Assembly (NCBI RefSeq): GCF_947568905.1
Contig: NC_079168.1
Span: 29,884,001 to 29,948,000, forward strand
Direction of reading: 5' to 3'
Length of the DNA: 64,000 nt
Origin: Ostrea edulis
Taxonomy: Eukaryota
Part shown: positions 57,701 to 64,000 of the stretch, piece by piece
How the letters are laid out: each line of letters opens with the position of its first letter
Numbering within the stretch: position 1 is the stretch's first letter
Notes under the pieces: generated by a model
Seen by the model: only the letters and a program-made list of their open reading frames with translations
Told to the model about the DNA's origin: nothing
The model's database searches: none
Position numbers and translations under genes: made by a program

Positions 57701-60700
57701 AACGTAGACAGAATGCTTTTAGATGGACATTGCATCAGGGCCAAGTAGGCGGCTATTCTTAATTCAGAGTCTTCTTCTTTGTCATTGAAAACTTTCAAAG
57801 CCTGACTTCTCTGTAATGAAGAATCGTCGTAATATTAGAAGTCATTTATACTAGTTTTGTTTGTACATATTTTCATTCAATGTCCTAAATTAATTAATAT
57901 AGTACGTACGTCATTCTCACAAGATGCACGACGGAAGGCCTCGATTGCAGCAATTCGTACTTCAATTGGGTTGTCTTTTCGGGAGATGCAGCTGTTGAGT
58001 GTTGCAGTAGCTGAGCTAATGTAACCAGAATTCCCAAGAGCGCGAAGCGTCAAGATGATCTGAAAAATAATAAACGAAAGCAGATGAAAAATGAAAAGAT
58101 GAAAATGCAATATTGATATTAATCAAGGATTATTTCTCAAAATGGTTCAAAATCATACTAACATTGTCTTTGTTGTTTTCGTCAACGTAGCAGCCGTATC
58201 CAATTTTATCCTCCAGAGCAGAAATGACATTAGCGATGTCCAAATCGTTTTCACAAGCAGCGTTCTTGCAATAGGTGTTGACTAAGGAGCTCACAGCCAG
58301 CAATGCCTTACCATTCTTCTTCAGAAGTGGCTGTGATGGAGACAAGTGTTAGAATATTTCTTTGATATGAAATAAAGATAATGTATTTTCACATGTACAA
58401 ATTCTTACCAAGACTTCTCTGATCATATCCTTCGAAGGACTTTGGATAAAGGCCAAGGTCGTCAACCACATGTCGGCCTCCATTCCTGTCACCTCATTGT
58501 CGTTGATCATTTTGGTAAGCATGACAACAGAGGCTGATGTTCCAACCATGGGAACTGCATCCATGAAAAACTTCCTGGAATAGTTATTGAAACATTTAAT
58601 TATATCAATATAATACAAGTAACGTAATGTTTTATAATAAGACAGTTGCTTTGAGAGAGATTTACATGTTACCTGACTTTCTGGTTGTTGTCACTGCAGA
58701 GTGTACCACTCTGTATGTTTGAATAAACGTCATTCAGAGTTTGAGAGTCGGCTGCTCGCATGATATACACAAGATCGGAGAAAAGACGAGGTGTCTCAGG
58801 GCGAATATCCTCCTTTGTTTGGATGCAAATATTGACCAATTGTCTTTCAATGTCTTTGCGAGTTTTCATGCTACTGGCAGCATCTGAGTAGTGCTCAAAG
58901 TTCATGTCAGTCTTCCTGCTCACAGATCCTGTCAAAATTGAAAAGAATTCAGTTAGGGTGAACATATTCACATTGATCACTGCTTTTCAAGCAACGTAGT
59001 GTACCAATATTGAACTTACTTGCTGATGATACTCCACTTTTCTCGGTCGTGTATTTCAGTGTCTGTCTGCTCTCTGTGATAGCGCCACTTGATTCTCGTG
59101 AAAACGGTCTAAACAGATGCTGTTCTGTACAGGAAGATCCTTTCAGGATTCCAGATTTGCTAATTTCCTGCTGGCAAGAGTGACTACTCTTCATGACAGG
59201 CAAAGACTGGATTTCCTAAAGAGAAGGAACCGAGTGTATGATAATTGCATCAGTGAAAGGAAATGACACTAAACAACAACTAAACCATAAACAGAACCCG
59301 ATATCCTACCGATGGAACTCTGTATGGTGTTCCTTGCAGAGCTGTTTGGAATCCTTGGCGTTCTGTGCAGCCTAAAAGATTCTTGTGCTTCTTAATGGTC
59401 ACGGTGTACCACCCATTCTCGGACACTGTGTAGTCAGCATCACATGTTCCTGTCACGTCAGCCTGGAATTAATGTACAGGTATTCATATCGATTTCTCAT
59501 GCTTATATCCGTGTCGCTTTCTCTTCATCACTTAGTTAAGATGAAAAAAAACCCAATAAACTGTCTTTGATGCTTACCTCCTTGACTTTCTGGTCAACCT
59601 GTAGATCTTCCATTGTGTTTTGAATGAGGGAAAGGATACCTCGTTTGATGTTGAGAACCCAGGTCTTCTCACTCTCAGTTGGACACAGAGACTCAATGCG
59701 ACCATCTTGGAAAGAGAATCTCAGTGAATTCTCCTCCAACTGTTTGCTGAATTCTCCGGACATGGCTGACAGGACAAAATTTTCTGGTGACTCGGGGTTT
59801 CGCTCGTGAAGCTGTACATTCTTGACCTTCAGAACAAGGTCACACTTTGACAGAACTTCCACTTGAACTTTGGTGGTCATTTTCATTCCCGATTTCCCTT
59901 CAGACGCCCCCTGAATGAGAGTGGTTGTGTCCACATCGTAGTCGTATTCGTAAGTAGTTCCAGGTTGAAATCCGAATTTTGTAGAGTCTGAAAAAGGAAT
60001 GATTTATGCTCTAACTGTCATGTCCCGAATATTTTGCAGAAAATACTACACAGCAATCGTAGACATAATGAGAACACAAAGTTCAATATGTACCTGTGCA
60101 TGTTGTTGAGCATGTATCACCTGATGCTATATCATTTATAGGTCCTGTAGATTAGAAAGAAAAAGCATAGGTATGTATGAAAAAGTAAAATAGAAAAAGT
60201 GAAATTAGAGTAATTAATGTTGAATTTTATAGATCGTCATTATCAAGTTCCAGGTTGAAAATGTTAGAATAAAATTGACTTTACATGTATATTATAACAA
60301 TCTTTACGTTGCTAAATATATAGTCAAGTTAATTTTAGATAACTACGAGATATATCGTGTTTAAATATTTTAACACAGAGTACTATGTTGGAGTAGGTAG
60401 ATGGTTAGTGTAATTATAAAAAAGTCTTTGTTCACGCACTAAACTAATCACAAGTTCTGAAAATGTTATTGCTTTAGTGTGCATTACAGGGCAAGGTTCA
60501 AAGTCAACAAACATGTTCACTACTTTCCATATGAACAACAATCATTACACGACACAATCGTAATAAACATTCCTACACACGACTGGGAGTCAGTTGATGT
60601 ACTTTACATATTGTTAACTAATTAATGAAATTCAAATAATACAATATCATGCAACATCATGATAATTGAACACTTGTCAAAAATATGTTTTAATGAGATA

Positions 60701-61207
60701 TACATTTTATATACATGTACACATGCCTACATACGATTTGTGGTCGGCTGATTTTAACTTGAGATATTGTTAACTAACGAGTATGATTTAAATATAATAT
60801 TATGTAAGATCATAAGAATTCAACACTTGTAAAAAGTACATATGTTTATGAGATATCTATCCAAATATAAATGCCCAAACACGCTTATGACTCATTTTAA
60901 TGTAAGTATTATTAAGTAATGAGTGTAATCTAAATAATACAATATTATGTATAAAAAGGTTCAACACTAGTGAAAAGTACATGTTATTATGAAATGTATT
61001 TCATCTTGATTAAAGAAAGACAGAGAACAATCATAAACCAGAAAGTTATTTAATTTTTTTTAAATGATAATAGTATATTCTGTTTGATTTCAATCGAATC
61101 ATGTCTCTTAATGATATCATAATTTATATACTAAAAATAAGATTTAAGAACTTACCCGCCCAGATTCCTGCCGTTAAGGCTAGAAGTAAAAGTAACGTTC
61201 GCTCCAT
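41035..61207 (-). CDS. large lipid transfer protein (apolipophorin/apoB/vitellogenin superfamily), 29 exons, about 5,435 aa
   Basis: Exons read by hand, all GT-AG with consistent phases: 61207-61156, 60144-60094, 59987-59578, 59462-59310, 59215-59020, 58928-58673, 58574-58409, 58330-58163, 58059-57910, 57810-57235, 57131-56788, 56635-56453, 56362-56101, 55999-55852, 55760-55506, 55380-55123, 55025-54788, 54610-54388, 54275-44211, 44109-43774, 43683-43521, 43438-43254, 43141-42930, 42807-42714, 42630-42522, 42420-42209, 42112-41761, 41650-41451, 41325-41035 (total 16,308 nt). Signal peptide MERTLLLLLALTAGIWA. Vitellogenin_N motifs NIKRGILSLIQ, DVTGTCD, LRALGN, RIAAYLALMQCP and NQVGSFIWSHL. DUF1943-like KFSRNYE...SFIPRS. 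C-terminal VWD TFDGEEYDFSGKCSYVLARD...VGGLFGT. Confidence 0.93.
44211..54275 (-). CDS. giant exon 19 (10,065 bp, 3,355 codons) of the lipid transfer protein gene
   Basis: Acceptor TTACAG|GGT at 54275 and donor AAG|GTAACT at 44210. Lies inside the uninterrupted ORF 44142-54290. Recurrent [TS]PF...H.G....F motif. Confidence 0.95.
54676..54720. repeat. (TA)n microsatellite in an intron
   Basis: Direct reading. Confidence 0.95.
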
Positions 61208-62289
61208 CGTGGGAGCTTGACGGTTGCTTTTCTGTGTTTTAGTATCTGGATTGTACGGTCGTGAATGTATACTAATCCAGTGAGAGTAAAGTACGATGAT
61301 AAGAAATGATGACGAGGGGACACCAGTCCTGATACTAATTGTGTGTATGTAGCGTTATCAGATCTTTGGTACAAAGTTTTCATCAATTCAAATAATAGCG
61401 TTTATCGACAAATTCAATTCATTATAGAGATACTGCATATCAAATATAAATTACTAATCTGTGGTGCAATCGGAAGTTAATTGCAGTTTTTGCGTTCGTA
61501 CAAACTTACGTACCACAAGCTAAAATGTTTAGAATTCTTTCAAATTCTGCTATCTATTTTGTAATTTGTCGGAAAATTTTGAGTGCTTCTTTCTGAATGG
61601 TATTTTATATAGTAAATATTTTATACAAATATTATAGACTTGTGTATAGAAAAAATTCCACTCTTTTCCTTTTTTTAGAATTCCATTTTCCACTTTCAGT
61701 AAATACGAGTTACGTTAAAAATACTAAGATACTAACTACATAAGTATAATTGATTAGCTTTTAGAGCTAGTAGTGAATTATATTAGAGTTGAACAACCTT
61801 TTTATAGAACTGATGCGATTTATCCTCTTTTGTTTACAATACTAAATATCATTACATCGTTAATATCTACTCTGGTGATCACTATCAAGCTTTCATTTTC
61901 TATAGCTACTTTTGTATAAACTTTCATTTAATGTTTTAAATAGATACAAGTTTTATTTAATCTTGAGACAATTATTTATTGTAAGTTAGGTCGACTTTAC
62001 CGCGGAACGGCTTAAGAAGGGCACATTTTATTCACGTCTAATTCTAGAAGTGCACAGTTGTTTACATTTTATGTATCAGACGAAGTGTTTTATCTATCAT
62101 CATTACTGAGAATATGGTGTTACAATCACCGATTTATATAAGCAGATGTGACGTCAAAATTACAATAGAATAGTACCGCGCATTTACAGAGTGGGTTTTT
62201 ATGGTTTTGTTAAAGCCCAAGCATTCTAAATGGAAGAATTCAATAACAATTAACTATCAAGTTAATGGTAATCATACTGTTGATGAAAA

Positions 62290-62600
62290 GTGAAGATAAA
62301 GAACAGTGGTCAATTTAAAAAAAATCCGATAAAGGATGTAACATTAAAAATAGGCAATACACAGATCCCCGGACACATCAGATGTGAGCTTAGGTGCCTA
62401 GGAGGAGTAAGGATCCACGTTGCCCAGTCACACTCGCCGTGAGCCCCTTCTCTTGGTCAGGTAAACGGGAGTAATCCGCAGTCAAAATTAGTATACAGGG
62501 AACGACCTAACAATTAGCAAGAAACACGTAAGACAGCCTTCGACCTACTGACAGGCTGTATTTGTAAATAAGATCATTGTGATGAACAGAGAATTTGCGA
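62290..62600 (-). mobile_element. degenerate PLE 3' fragment
   Basis: GAAGATAAAGAACAGTGGTCAAT...AGGTGCCTAGGAGGAGTAAG...CAGGTAAACGG...CAGTCAAAAT...AGAATTTGCGAA. Confidence 0.7.
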
Positions 62601-62659
62601 ATTGATGACTAGAAACGAGAATGTTGTAGTCCCTAAAACATATGTACTCTGCCAACTCT

Positions 62660-63515
62660 GAATTAAATGTGAAGATAACGAACAGTGATCAATCTCTTCA
62701 TTCCCATATGCAATACAAAATCGAGAGTTAAGCAAACCCTGACCCCTGGATATACCAGAAATGGGATCAGGTGGCTAGGAAGAGGAAGCATTCTCTGTCA
62801 ACCAGTCATACCCGTCGTGAGCCCTATGTCTTGATCAGTAAACGTTTATCATAAAGTTGAGTTGTTAGTTTGCCAATATTCAATAAAATATGAAAGTATG
62901 AAGCACAAGTAGAGGACTCAGTGGTGTCTTTTATTTCGAGTTCACTGAGATATATCGATCGACATATGAATGAAATTTATTATTGTTAATAGATAAATCA
63001 TGGTCGATATATCTAAATATCGCATTGGAGGCCAAAGCAAGACATCTTTTCTTCTCATGTAGAAATTCTTGAATAGCATCTACTTCATAAGAATATAAAA
63101 AAAACCAGGTCAGCTAACAAAGCAACACAATTTATGCCCATGGAAATTCCAACAGACTGTTGGAAGACCTGATAACCAACAACTTCGACGATATTGTCAA
63201 TGAGAAACTCCAGCATATTTTTTATTTCGATTTCAGAGTACTTGTAGCGCGTGAAATCAGAGTGGTGTTTAACAAAGTAATATTTTGGATGACTGATCAC
63301 TAGATATGAATATAATTTCCGTTTTCCATTTTTATTGAAGAATCAACTATATATAATATCAAAAAACATAGTCTTTTAGATACCGTGAGGAATGGTTGTG
63401 TAAAGTGTTGAAAAGTCATACGTTTTGATGTTGTTGATTTGAGAAAACTTCTGAGATTTCAAGTTTACTAAGTGGTCTTTAAAACTTTTTATAATCCACA
63501 TTTGATTTACACCAC
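62660..63515 (-). mobile_element. PLE copy with decayed RT core and internally deleted 3' end
   Basis: Minus-strand pieces KTYDFSTLYTTIPH, NMLEFLIDN...VFQQSVGISMGINCVALLADL, RYIDH (for YIDD), ELEIKDTTES and LYDK, joined to the shared 3' block at 62660-62840. Confidence 0.8.
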
Positions 63516-63519
63516 TTTT

Positions 63520-63840
63520 GGCGACTGCAGCGGTGACCAAGAGGTTAGAGCGTTCGCCCCACATGCAGAAGGCCGGGATTCGAATCCCGGCCGCGCCAGA
63601 CCTAAGTCGTTAAAACAAGAAGTGACAGTTTCATCGCGAGCACTCAGCATCAGATGTGAATGTCACGGTCCTCGGAGATGACCTTGAAAACAGATGTCCC
63701 GTTTTACAGTAGGTGTGGCACACTAAAGAACCCCCACTGCTCAATGGCAGTAAGCGCCGAGCATAGACCTAAATTTGAAGCCCTTCAACGGTCTTGGTTT
63801 CTTTTCCATATGAGTGAAAATTCTTGAGCGAGGCGTTAAA
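63520..63840 (+). mobile_element. tRNA-derived SINE
   Basis: tRNA-like head with B-box GGATTCGAATCCC. Body collinear with 29630-29967. Confidence 0.82.
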
Positions 63841-64000
63841 GAGGCTCGCACCTGACATTTGGAGTAATGTCAATTTTTTGGGAAGTGTATTTTTTATTTC
63901 TAAATTGAAGGAGAATTAGGAAATTAAAGAGAAAAATGGGGTTGCAGTGCTTGTTATTGAGCTATAGTGTTCTAAACATGACTTTTTTGCACTTAAAATT

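Overview
AT-rich animal genomic DNA, not prokaryotic. Spliceosomal introns and the repeat families suggest a bivalve, probably an oyster (inference). Two host genes can be reconstructed by hand. The first is a 3-exon GPR157-like 7TM receptor (+, 13556-25662, about 372 aa). The second is a 29-exon large lipid transfer protein, apolipophorin/apoB/vitellogenin-like (-, 61207-41035, about 5,435 aa), with one 10,065-bp exon made of a 50-57-aa repeat. Most of the rest is mobile DNA. The most striking structure is a 7,944-bp spacer-less foldback element (5515-13458) with a 9-bp target-site duplication. Its two arms are head-to-head arrays of a 177-bp satellite, and it ends about 100 bp upstream of the GPCR start codon. 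There is also a decaying Ngaro/DIRS tyrosine-recombinase retrotransposon with gag, RT/RNase H, YR and SGNH-hydrolase ORFs (-, about 31.6-36.9 kb). Smaller elements include TTAA-flanked Kolobok-like elements, hAT MITEs, tRNA-derived SINEs, Penelope-like fragments, a HINE-like element, a hairpin-ended repeat, and micro- and minisatellites. All coordinates, splice sites and alignments were read by eye; no searches were run.
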